The position numbers were made by a program, and so were the translations under genes. A model generated the notes under the pieces. The model was given only the letters and a program-made list of their open reading frames with translations, was not told the DNA's origin and did not search any database. A stretch of DNA of 64,000 nt from Balanoglossus misakiensis (Eukaryota > Animalia > Hemichordata). This document shows positions 13,637 to 25,984 of the stretch, one piece after another. The first letter of the stretch is position 1. Each line of letters starts with the position of its first letter. The stretch is taken from contig CM082595.2 in assembly GCA_040954595.2 (NCBI GenBank), positions 269,590 through 333,589 on the forward strand. Direction: 5' to 3'.

Positions 13637-16511
13637 TCACTGTTGTAAATGGACCAGCAATACAGTCACATTGTCAGCACTTTTCCTTCTGACGGCTTCA
13701 CTGGCGATTTTTCGGCACGCAGTTTCGAACCGCACATCGCTGGCTGTTTTGGTTTCTGTCCTTTGCAGGGATGTGTCCTGAAATCACAGAAAAAGAGCAA
13801 TGACTGGTAAGCAACAGGTGTGCGAAAATTTTGACCGCAATTTCCATCTACAGTATATACAATATCTGTAGTAGTTCACTTTCACATCAACGGTGAGTTG
13901 CGGACAATGAGGGCTGATTTCCAGGATCAAAACAGCATGCAAAGGACAATTACGTGCTACACACCTATCAGATCTACTGTCAAGACATATGTAGACTTAC
14001 CCGTAAAATGTCATCGATAAAGCTTATTGCCTCTTCTGAAGTGAATGCCTTCCATAGACCATCACATGCCACCACAATGTACCTGTTGCAAGAGAGAAAG
14101 TTACTTTAGATTTTGTACCCAGCAATAGTTCCTTATACATGTAACTCACCCCCCCCCCCCCCCACTCAAAAAATGTTTCTGGTCCGGCTATGTACTGTTT
14201 CAAGTATAACTTGGTGTAACAGGGTTCATCACCTACCTGTCATTGTTTGTAAGTTGACATCGTTTGACATCTGGAGTGCAGATCACACCACAATGTTTAA
14301 ATCGACCATCCCCGATGGAGCGTGATACTTCCATGACTCCCATTACCCGACCTTCCCTGTAATAAATAATGGAACATTCTGTGGCTGTACATCTGCAACA
14401 GTCTGAAAGATATACTGTGCTCTTGCCTAAGCACCCCTTGGTGAGTATGAGAACTGTCATGGAAGATTTGACTAAGCACACAGGCCAAGGAACACACCAT
14501 CTTATTAAAAAAAGAAAAGAACTGATCATAAACGTATGAGCAGAAACACGAGTTTGATAGACACAGTACCAGCATTAAGAGAAACAGGCTGGTGCTACAT
14601 ACTCTATACTTGTGAGGCACTTCTCCGATATGATTAATATTCCACTCTGCCTTCATGTTTGGAAGCTTACCGAACATTTCCACCAGCTTTTAGTATTCTT
14701 CGCCTTTCATCCACCTGGTTTGGTGTGTGGGCGTTAGTCAATGGCAGTGCAATCTCCTTTTTGACATCATCGTTATATCGACACAGTATAGCCTGCAGAG
14801 TCACACGATTAAAAGTGAAGCTAAGTTAGTGGAATACAGTCATATCATAAAAGAAAGAATCAATCTATCTTCAATCATTTCTTATTGCTCAAAATATTTA
14901 TAGATTAGGGGGAAATAGAAGACAGTTTTTGAACCTTACTATCGCCCAAGTTGGCAATGTACAAGACATCATCCACGACTAGCAAACACACGGCTGTCGA
15001 ACCATCCTTCCATGCCGGTTTGCTGTAACAACAAACATCAAAGATTGCTGATTACGAAAATGACTGACTTTTAAATTAACTGTGCTTTCTTATGAAATAT
15101 GAAAACATTTCATTTTCACAAAGACACAATTAAAAATTTTACAATCAAGCATATACATACCTAGCAGTTGCTTCCTTGAGAAAATTATCATCAGTCTTCT
15201 TAAAAGTCTCAATGAGGCACTTTTTTATCTCTCTATCCCTGTTGATGACTTCGCCTTTTGGAAATTTAGTGACAAGGTTTTTGTGCAAATTATCGCCAGC
15301 ATACCTTGATGCTTTTGAACCACTATGACCATCAAATACAGCATAATATGCAATTCTGGAACTGAATAAATTGGCAGAATATAATTGTGTTAAATGTCTC
15401 TGGGTCATACAGGAGAAATAGTCATACACATGTATAATGAGCTCTTATTAAAGGATACCATCTCTCAGCAAATAGCGACTCACTTACATGCTTGGTGACA
15501 GTTTCTGGAAATCTTGGGTGAAATCATTAATGATGACATGTGCATCTTGCATTTCATCTCTCTCCCCTTTTCTCTCTGCAACATATCCTTTCATTTGTAT
15601 AAACGGAAATTCTGGGAAATTGAAAAAAAGGGGAATTATCACTATCAGACTCCCTTCATCATCGCTACAGACTGAGAGATTTTGTCAACAAGTTGTGGTA
15701 CCTTATACTCTATCACTGCTACCAGTCCTACACGACTGTCAAGGTAGTCTGGAGTATTACATCTTTACATCAACTCAACACCTCTGATGCTAGCAATAAA
15801 AATGCACTATCACAATTAGTCCTACTGTAATGTAAATTACCACAGCTATCACTATCAGAAATTCTCAGGGAGGACTGCATTACCCATACCTTTCACTGAC
15901 TTCTTGCATTCCGGTTCACTCCCACCATCACCATCAGCATCAAGTTTTCTTTTCTCTGACGTTGATGGTGGCAAGTCTTCAAACAGGGAGGAAGTGTTGC
16001 TATTATTTACACTCAACAAGATTTCTCTGCCAGTCTTTCCACCAGGGCAACCTTGATTGGCCACTGTTTCCAACTTTCCCTTGGATTCTGAATTCTTTTG
16101 TAAGTCAGTTGTTGAGGCTGCTGATGTAAAACATAATTTGAAAGGAAATTTATGCTGCATTTTCATAAAAACAATGTGTGTTTGTAAATGCATTGGTTTA
16201 TTATAATTTAAAAACAGGTGCAGGAAAATGACCCATGACATTTGACCCAGGTCACACACTGGCATGGCACTGCAAGCAAATAGACAGACTGTTTATGCTG
16301 CGATCAAGCACAGTCAAATACATTATGGGTTGTGCACTGTTGCCCTGTTTAAGATAAAGGTTCACACCAGCTACTGTCATTACAATGGTCATGATCAAGA
16401 AATGGTAGGAATCACATGTTGATTGTTGTCATTGACAACACGTCCCATTTCGTACTGGAGACAGCCATGTCATTTACCTGCTGGTCCCGGAAGGTCATCG
16501 AAAAGATCCAT
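13637..16511 (-). CDS. ILKAP: Integrin-linked kinase-associated PP2C phosphatase
   Basis: N-terminal MDLFDDLP, plus ERKGERDEMQDAH, YAVFDGHSG, DGSTA..ANLGDSK, MEVSRSIGDGRFK, VACDGLWK and a terminal ADNVTVLLVHLQQ*. Confidence 0.92.
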
Positions 16512-17085
16512 CCTTACTACAGCTATGCAGATGGAGTCAGTGTTTTATAACCTTTGGTACTGTAGAATCCAGGTGGCAAATAATCATTTCTGGGCGTAAT
16601 TTACTTCATATGCACTGGAATCTGCGGTCAGCACATCTTCGCTAAGTCGAAAATGGCGGCTGCTACGGACCTAGACTGCGCATGTCATGAGGTTATTCGA
16701 CAATCACTGATCAGCTCTAAAAAGTTTGGACAGATGATCCGAGGATGTGAAAATAGGACGTTGAGTTCCGGTCACCTAAGGTTCATAAAGGCAGAAAAGT
16801 TCACCCTGTCTCCATGTATCCTATTGTATTTATTACAACCATGTACAAGAACATACAGACTCTGATTCGCCTCAGGAAGGCACCGTGTGAGGGCGTGTTT
16901 TGCGTTCCGAGAATGGAAATTCACAAACGTGGGCCAAAAGTACTAGTATTCGATATTATCGGATACTATAGATAGCATGGTCTAATCGAATAGATCTAGG
17001 CTTTTGTCAATAGTGTCGCATAAGTTCCAAGTATCAGCTGTGTATTTATGAGTATGAGAATTACTAATTCTTAATGAAACAGATT

Positions 17086-17173
17086 CATATCATAACTGAC
17101 AGAATCAATCCAGATTAGGGAGAAATAGCGGACAGTTTTGGAACATTAGGCCTACTATCGCCCAAGTTGGCAA
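17086..17173. repeat. Degenerate local copy of an ILKAP intron/exon junction (source ~14841-14957)
   Basis: Shared blocks catatcataa..agaatcaatc, agattaggg.gaaatag..gacagtttt.gaac.tt and actatcgcccaagttggcaa. Confidence 0.8.
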
Positions 17174-19428
17174 CTATTGTTACAAGCAAGGAGATTCCCC
17201 TCAATTACACTACCGTCAGAGTTGGCTGGCAACAGCTTATTTGTTTTCAGGGAGTTTGTGGGAAAAACCAGTAGGTAATTCATTTCTGGGCAGTTTTCAT
17301 TTGTTATATATTAAACGGTCTTGGAGCTATTTTTGGAAAACGCTTGTCACCAAAGTGATATAAATTTGAGGTCATGTTGACTTTGCTATCTGATTGGTGG
17401 AGGGCGTGGAGCAATACGTCATTATACGTGATGCCACGATTTCTCGCAGTTGTTCAAGGCGAGAGTTTACTTAGACATGAAGGGTGTCTACTCAATATTG
17501 TATATTTGTGACCCCTCGTGCAGAAAATAGCCACTCCCTTATAAGTCTACGTCCGCCAAGTGACACTGCAATCGAACTAGATTACAACTAACCTGTTCAA
17601 AAGTCACTTGTACACAGTGCAGTGCGCATGGCATGAGTCCAACACTAGCCCGGCACACCAAGGTACCGTATGTATGTCTAATATCGATAGTGCGCAACTG
17701 GCAAAACTTCACCGTTCTCGGAAACCCGGTAAGTTCTTTTCAAAATCCCCTTCGTTTTATCCCAGGTTTCAAGTGAAACACCACAAATTCACTACACTTT
17801 CCTAACATTGCCCGGGAATTCAGGCTTGTAGGCATTACCAGGTCCCTTTTATTTTGAGGGTAAGAAAAAACAACGCGACGACAGACTCTTCTTCAAAATT
17901 TCGGCTTTTTCAGATTGAGTGGTAAACACTAACAGTGACTGGTGGCAACATTTGTGAGACACTGTTCCTTGTTGACGGTCAGAACATCAGTTGCATTGTT
18001 TTTGCAACTTTCGACTGCTGAAGAACTTTGTAAACAAGTCTGTCGTGTTTCATTGGGATCCGCTTTGTTGATATGATGCCAACCATATAGTTCGTAGTAA
18101 AGTCTGAGTGTGTAACAAAACCTAGAACGCCAGTCAGTCAGGGTATACGTACGCCCACGCAAAGACCATAATTTACAGGTGTTTGTGTTCCTAAAACACC
18201 GGTAATTTATGGTACGGCCACGGGTGGGCGTTCTCATTCACTACAAGAAGCATTTCGTGACTGCAGAGTTGCGTAGTGTGAAGGAAGTAATTGACTGGTG
18301 TCTTCGTTCGAAAAAAACAATTAACCATATCGTGGGCAACAAGGTGGAATTTCGCTTATTGTAATGGTAGGGGTAAGTCGAGGCACTTATATTGTTCTGG
18401 AGTTGTTTCGGTTTCACATTTTGAATACAATATTAAAATGGCGGATATTTTCGGTAATTGTTTTTGCTCACTCCTCACAAGAACGTCACACGTCGAACAG
18501 TTCTCGCCATGGTCCAAGGTTCTTTGCAAAGCTGTATTGAAGTCGAGATCAAACCATATTCAACACATCCATGCGGCATGTATAGTTCCACATACTCAAC
18601 ACAGTGTATAGATCATGGAGACCAAACTATTTGCTGTCATCTTCCAAATCATGCAAATTGTACATAGTAACACTGGGTCTGTATCTGTTCATAAACAAGG
18701 CATAATAAAAGTATTGCGTTCGATAAATCGCACCCCAGATCTTCTCTAGAGGCCAATGATAGACTGAGACAAATGTTAGAACCGTGGGCACTACAGTGAA
18801 TTGAAATATCGATGATAAATTGATTAGTTTCGGTCCACAGTAGTTGAACTCTGGATGGCAGGAGGTGGTAAACTTCCTTTTGACAGGAAACTTGAGAGTT
18901 TCACGACAGGGGTTGTGTCCCATTACTTTCATCAATCAAATCTGTACAACAAAGTTCGCTCACCCGTACATGCGTGATGTTAACATTTCAGGACAGAAAC
19001 TAAAGATAGAAACAAACATATGTTGAATGTATATCACCTACCCTAGAAAGCACAGTACCTAGTGCCTTATCAGGATCTGTCTATTATCTTTGTTGACTCT
19101 AAGCTTATCGAAACTGATCGATGACCCTTGTACGTACTCGTAATTCTGGTCTGTGATGTGCACACAACAAGGATAACCTTGACTTGGAAAGAGATTACAA
19201 GATAATCATAACACATCAAGCGAACAAGGACGAAAATTAGAGACAATTAATTTAAATGTATTATGGATTTCATTACGAAAAATAAACATTGATGTATTTA
19301 TGAGCTTGTTGTTAGATACGTCATGGTTCGGTTTCGCAGTGTTATAAATGTCGTAAGGTATTGTAACATAACGAGAGGTTTACTATTAATTGGACAGGTC
19401 ACGATCCGGACAGAGTGAATGAAAAGAA

Positions 19429-22187
19429 ATGGCGTCGCCAATGCGAAAGACCAGACCAAAGTCCGCTGCTAAGCGAACGAACGATTTCTTCAATCTTCTA
19501 CGAGAACTGCAACTGGATGAGTTTTACTACGCCTTGGCGGAAAATGCTGGTGTGCGTAACCTGTCGGGTATATGTGACGTCACGGACGAAGATCTCAGGT
19601 ATGCTATACATGTATTGTTGAAAATCAAACAGCCCCCCCCCCCCCCACAGATAAAGTGCACACTATTTCATCCACTACTATAACCTTGTTAACGTTCCTA
19701 CATGCAGAAAAAAAGTGAAGATGAAAGACGCTGATATTCACATCTTGCGGGAGCGTTACCGAAAAGAGTTTCCTGGAGCGTCGAAGAAAAAGAAATCAGC
19801 AGAATTGGGACGATCAAAGTCTGGTATTTTGGACATTTTCAAGGTAGGTTGTAACAGTTTTGAGATGGCTATTGACGAGTTAGCTTAGTTACAGAATACA
19901 AGTAATGTAAGGTTTATTTTTATTTGTTTTTAGTTAGTTTGTTTGTTTGTTACAGCTATTTGTTCTCTGTTTAATGTTACAGCATAAGAATCCAACCCAA
20001 AGCAAATCTACCAGAGTAAAGAGTGAACCAAGGAAAAAGACATATGCATCGACGGTTTGGTACGACGACACCGATATTCAGAAGATGAAGCAGTTTAGAT
20101 CAAAAAGCGTTCCCGAAAACGTGTTTCATCATTCAACACTGAATATCTCAAAATCGACCAGTAACTTCCGAATTTATGGGAGAGAAAAGGTTTCCCTTGA
20201 ATGTACCACCACGGGTGTCCAGTATGACTATGGCGATGACGAGGTCTTTAGTAATGAATCTGACGACAACCACAAAGAGAAGGCTGAGCTGCCTAGTGAT
20301 GGAAGGAAAGCCAAATCTTTGAGTCGAAAATTTACAAAACGATCGACAAAAACAAGTACAAGTCTGTCGGTATCGATGCAGCAGACCTCAGCCAGCGCAC
20401 CTACTGGGCGTGGCAACTGTCGACCGAGGAAAGAAGTGAAGAAGTCCAACAGGCCAAGTCATTCTCAAATCCCAAGAGGTGTCCACAGCGGACAACACAA
20501 GCAAAGTCAACACCAGTCTCAACACATAGTTGTCGTGAGTACAGGTAAAAGAATCAATGTCTCCGGCAATTTTCAAACCACCACCACAAAGACAGCGGCA
20601 CCCCCTCCAGTGCCAGAGAAGGAAAAGAAACAGCATCAAGGGAATTTCTCGCCAGATGCGACATCTGATCACCTTGATTATGAAAAGATGAACACAACAG
20701 GTGTTTTTGAAGGGATTCTACCACCGGGCATGAAGACTGGTGTCAGCGGCAGTGAGCTTGAATATGAAGCAATGAGTCTCTCTGGTCGATATGAAAATCT
20801 GGATGCCAAATCAACGGCCTTACAACCTGACCACCTCGTCGAGGACTTATTGGAGGGCAGACATGGGTATGATGAGAAAATGCCAAAAACTGAACACAGA
20901 ATCTCTCAGAGTTTGCCCGACCTCATAGATACATCAGCGACAGAACAAGAGAGAAGTACATTGAGACAGGCATCATCGGAAGAAATACAAACCCAGGAAT
21001 GTACTATCGTTAGGAAGTATGAAAATATACCAAAGGAAGTTGAGCCAGAGGATATCGGATTGTCTGAAGTACAGAAACACGATTATGAAAATATGTCAAT
21101 TGGAGAGGATCATTCAGAGAAAAGTTCTGAAAGCAGTATTGCTGTAGAGTATGAAGGTATGTACCAACGACATGGCTATGAAAACCTACATTCGGCAATG
21201 GAAACTCCAGGAGATGAAGACGCGGATACATTGGGACACAGAGGAGAGTCATCCAACGGTCAAACAGATCATGACTATGAAAATATGCCGTCAGCACAAA
21301 CTGACATTGACCAGAAATGCTCCCAAGTTAACAACGATGATGATGAGGAGGAGGATGGGTGGCCGAAGCATGACTATGAAAACTTGTCTAACACAAGATT
21401 GAGCAAAACGCTGCCCACAACAAGCAACGAAGAGTACAGACTCCATCTGGGTTACCTGTGTCCAGCGGGTGAAATCGGTTCTGATGATTCTGATTACAGT
21501 GATGTCTCTGATGCCGAAGGAGAAGTGATAGAGGAACCCCCACGTGTTAACAATACCCTGTATGTTGGTTCCGGCTGGGAGACCGGTATGTTCCCTCGGC
21601 CAAAGTGGTGCAAAATGAAGTGTAGGCATCCTAAGAATCAAATAGACAAACAGAAACTTGAGAATCAGATTGCAACAAAAGCTGTCATTTCTCGGAACAG
21701 TGTTGCTTCTGGTAGCACAGACTACAGTTACACAACCGATGAAGATCTGAAAAGCCATGACTACATTAATATAGATGCAATGAGTTCAGAGGAAACAGAA
21801 GACCATTGTGGAGGCCAATTCAGACCACCTTATGAAAACACGAAAGAATCAATGGAAGTGTGTTCTTCGCACACTTCTCCTGAATTGAAGGACAGCGATT
21901 CGTACAAGAAAGACGCCAAAATGAGCCACAGTTACGAAAATATACCAGCAGAATGTAATGACTGCAGTACAAGTAATAAGCAAAGATATAAACTTCCTAT
22001 CTCCCCAAGGAAAAAGAATTACAGGGAAAGTCCACCGATTGATATCACTGCATGTACAGGTGGGAAGACAGAGCAAGTGGGAGAGCGTCGAGTACAAGAC
22101 AGTGCATCTGCAGGGTTGGTGCGAAGGAGTAGACCCATAGATGTAAGTCGACTTCAACAAAGACGTCGCAGAGAGACCAGTGAATAG
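19429..22187 (+). CDS. Uncharacterised ~836-aa protein: SAM-like helical N-terminus plus a disordered tail with repeated tyrosine motifs
   Basis: Exons 19429-19598, 19708-19843 and 19983-22187 splice in frame, and the last exon is a 2.2-kb stop-free ORF. The N-terminal LLRELQLDEFYYAL..GVRNLSGICDVTDEDL..KMKDADIHILR fits a SAM pattern (inference). Confidence 0.8.
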
Positions 22188-23432
22188 AAACTTGCATTGC
22201 CAATATATATTGGGTCTCAATTCACCAGGTTATTCCCAGATGTGGTCTACATATGGGGAGAAAAAAAGAAAAACTGCACAGTTATATTTAGCAGGCTATA
22301 TTTCAATTTAAAAAAAAATTTCACTTCAAATCTATAAAAGCGTGAGTTTCATTTTTAATATAAGTGAAGAACTTTCGCATACACAAGAGTACTTTCTTAG
22401 GACCTAGGCCTTCATTGTACATAGTTTATATCAAAGATTACTGTTCAAATTAATTATCTACCTTCATTTTGTTTACAGAATATACTTTTGTTAAACCATG
22501 TAGAATATTTTAGCATTCGAGGTTGCATTGACATCATGGCCTTAAAATAGTCTATCGATGCTTTCGTTGCTACAATAAATTCTTGACATTACAAATAAAA
22601 ACTCAGACAACTGTTTTTCTTGCCTCATAACTACCCTACAACAAAAGAAAAACAATCCCTGACCTAAGTTTTCAATATAATGAATGACCCTTAGTATGAC
22701 CTTTACTATTAAAGGGTCATAGGCATTGCCGGAGCGCCCGCACAGGACTGAATCAAGCAGAGTGGAAGCACTGCCGAAGAATTGCTGGTTGTTTTCGTCA
22801 GGATTGGCCGAATTGAGGTGTGTCATGGTCAATTCGTAGAAAAGATGGCACATGTGTCTCTGGTTTTATGGCGTTGTGGCCATGCATAGCTCAGAGCCCA
22901 GCCATGCACGCAGAGATAAAGCTCATTTAGTCATTATATACATAGTAAGTTTGTTCTGACAACGGCAGCAGAGCCAAAAGCCAGGCACAAGTGTGCGAGA
23001 TGTACCGTCTGCTGTGGTTCTGGGATTGTCTGGCTAGGTGTAGAAACGCAGCTTTGCTGATTCGGTGTCTCGGTGGGGTCATTAGCCTCCACGTCACGAA
23101 ACAGCTGCCACCACTTCATCATAGCTGAGTTTCCATAGCCAGACAGCTGACATCGGCATCTGGCCTTGAGTACAGTCTGCCCTTTAACACATCAGGGCGA
23201 CATCTACGACAACTAGCATTGCCTGGCGCGTTACTTCATCACGAACGTGTATGATAAAACTGTATCGCTGGAACGGTTCGGGTGAAGTTATTAAAAGCCT
23301 TTATTTCTACAAAAGCAAAATAAAAGTATATTTTGTAATTCTGACTATTCTGAATCATCCATGCATGCTATTTGCAATTGCTTTCTTCCATGCAGTCTAC
23401 GCCTATCACACAAAGCATCATTTCCCGGTAGG

Positions 23433-25299
23433 ATGATGGCAGATAACACCATAGAGATGTTGGAAGTGACGGATGAGGATGATCCTACAGAAATGGCTGC
23501 CATTTTTACAGATGGAGATGAGACAGTCAATCTTATAACTGAAGAGAATCTGCGGAAAAGAAAGTCTGACAATCAGGTCAACACAAGTGTGGAAGGTGCT
23601 GAAAAAACTGTGAAGTTGTTGGCAGAACGGAAAAGGGTAAAAAGGCGAATATGGAAGAACATAGTACTCTTGGGTACGGCCTTTATGATGAATTTTTCAG
23701 CTTACAATGGATTGCAAGCCCTGCAGAGTAGTATCAATTGCATTGAAGGATTGGGATTTGCCTCGCTGATAACTGTGTACACATCCCTGATATTATCTGG
23801 TCTGCTCCTGCCAAGTGCTCTAATTCGCTTATTTGGAGTGAAGTGGACCATAGTCATCAGTATGTCATGCTATGTGGTGTATTCACTAGCCAATTTTCAC
23901 CCACAGTGGTACACTCTCATTCCGGCATCCATAATTGTTGGACTGGCTGCTGCGCCTCTGTGGACTTCAGAAAGCACGTACATCAGTACCAATGCTTATA
24001 TCTTTGTGGAACTAAGCGATTCAGAGACTCCAGACGGAGCGCTCAGCAAATTCTTTGGTACCTTTCTTGCTTTACACCATGCATCAGGAGTTGTCGGCAA
24101 TCTGATTTCAGCGACTGTTTACAGACAGTTGCTCACACCAGATCAGAGTCACCATGTTGAATCTGGACTGGTGTACACATGTGGAGCTAGTGACTGCAGA
24201 GATACTGAAGGTAACACAACAACATATTGCAACCCACCACCTCAGAGCATCACAACAGTTATTATCTTCATTTATGTGGCCATTGGAGTTTCAGCCGTCC
24301 TGCTGGTGACTTTCCTGGTCGACAAGTTACCGCGAGAGAAAGAGAAAATCAGAGACGCTCCCGTTCTTGATGCTACCATAGCAACAGTTAAACTTTGGAA
24401 GAACCACAAGCTGTGGATGGTTGTTCCAATGATAATGTCTTGTGGAGTCCGTATGGGTGTGATAAGTGGGGACTTCAATGAGGTAAGGCTCAAAGTGTTC
24501 ACCTGCAGAAACGTCAGATTTAAGTCAGAATTTCTATTTATTTGTCAAATGGGATGATATTTGTGGTTTCTGTATTAGGCACACAGTATTTTTCACCAAG
24601 TAATCGATTTTTCTTTTATTCCAGTCATTTGTTTCATGTGGTATTGGTGTAGAGTACGTGGGTTACATTACAATGAGTACATCCATTGTAACTGTTCTGG
24701 TGGCGTTCATGTCTGGAAGAATAACTCCTTACATTGGAAGAGTATCCCAGATGACATTTGGCATGGTTGTTGACTTTTTCCTCATCACTGCGATGTTACT
24801 ATGGAAACCAAATGACCAAGTAGCCATATACTTCTTTATCGCCGCAGGTTGGGGTATAACTGATGCTCTCATCTATGTTCAAATACAATGTAAGTAGACC
24901 TTATTCTAAACCTTATTCTACTGACAGAAACTTTATGTTCCTATGGACTTCCAGGGTTTATGTTTTATTCTACTTACTGGAATGTAGTAAAATATACTGA
25001 ACTAATTGTAAAATAGAGATCACTGACATACATTAGCATAGGATCGTATAGCACCTTTAATCCATACACTTCTGTCTTGTTTTCCAGCTTTCCTTGGCGT
25101 CCTTTTCCCAGATCATCTCCCTGCAGCTTTTGCCAACTTTATCCTCTGGAATGCATTTGGAGCAGCTGTATCATTTGCCATGAGTCTTGTGCTTTGTGTC
25201 TCAACAATTCTTTACATTTTGATTGTAATTCAACTGACAGCTCTTATACTGTATATCACTTTGGAATACATACATCACAAAAACAAAGAAACCATATAG
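23433..25299 (+). CDS. UNC93-like (UNC93A-type) MFS membrane protein, copy 1
   Basis: Exons 23433-24482, 24625-24889 and 25088-25299. Motifs FMMNFSAYNGLQALQSSIN, GVKWTI, AAPLWT..TYI, AAGWGITDA and AAFANF. Confidence 0.9.
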
Positions 25300-25984
25300 A
25301 TCATTTTGCTGGGTGTACCATATGTGTAGACTGCAAATAAAGGACATAGTGTCTGTATACTACCCGTGTGTACAGTGTATTTCCGCAACCCGGGCTGTGA
25401 TGCATGATAGGAGAGTCGCCCCCGGTGAATGCTCCCAGGACAAAGGTCACGTAAGGTCACAGCTCACGTATCATTCACAGGAACTTGATTACCGGAAGCG
25501 TGTGTATCATAGCGAGTTTATCGATATATAGGTATATACCTGACTTGTAGAATGGAGCATTTCCGGTGAGGGATTAGCAGATTATAAATTTTGCTCATAG
25601 TTTTGCGGAGGTGCGGCCCCCGGGTGCGGCCGTGTCGTCTGAACGCGATCATATTGGCTAATGTTCATTTCTAAAGCCTTGACTGGGTTCTTATATATAC
25701 ACATGTGGAAGAACGACTTCAAATAGCCCGTACAATGTATTAATACGTGGCAGTGATGAGAGTATTGTATAGCGATGTCTGTCTACCGTGTAGCTTGGTG
25801 AATTTGCGTTTACATGATTGGATATGGATCACGCTGGATTTGTAATAGTCGCCCGGGGGTGTTACACCTATAGCAAAATGCGCACCCGGGCCACTTTTTC
25901 ACCTAACTTCCTAAACATACGTACACGTACATACATTTACATTGTACGTACATAATTATGTCAATTATCTTCTTTGCACAAAGG

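Noticed and set aside
14147-14163. Poly-C tracts (also ~19633 and ~47253) as G-quadruplex elements
   Set aside because: Simple intronic or intergenic homopolymers with no supporting context.
17600-19030. Short ORFs of 60-106 aa between ILKAP and the scaffold gene
   Set aside because: No recognisable domain and no consistent splice chain found.
20228-22220. Antisense and alternate-frame ORFs over the large scaffold exon
   Set aside because: These are shadow ORFs expected opposite a long coding exon.
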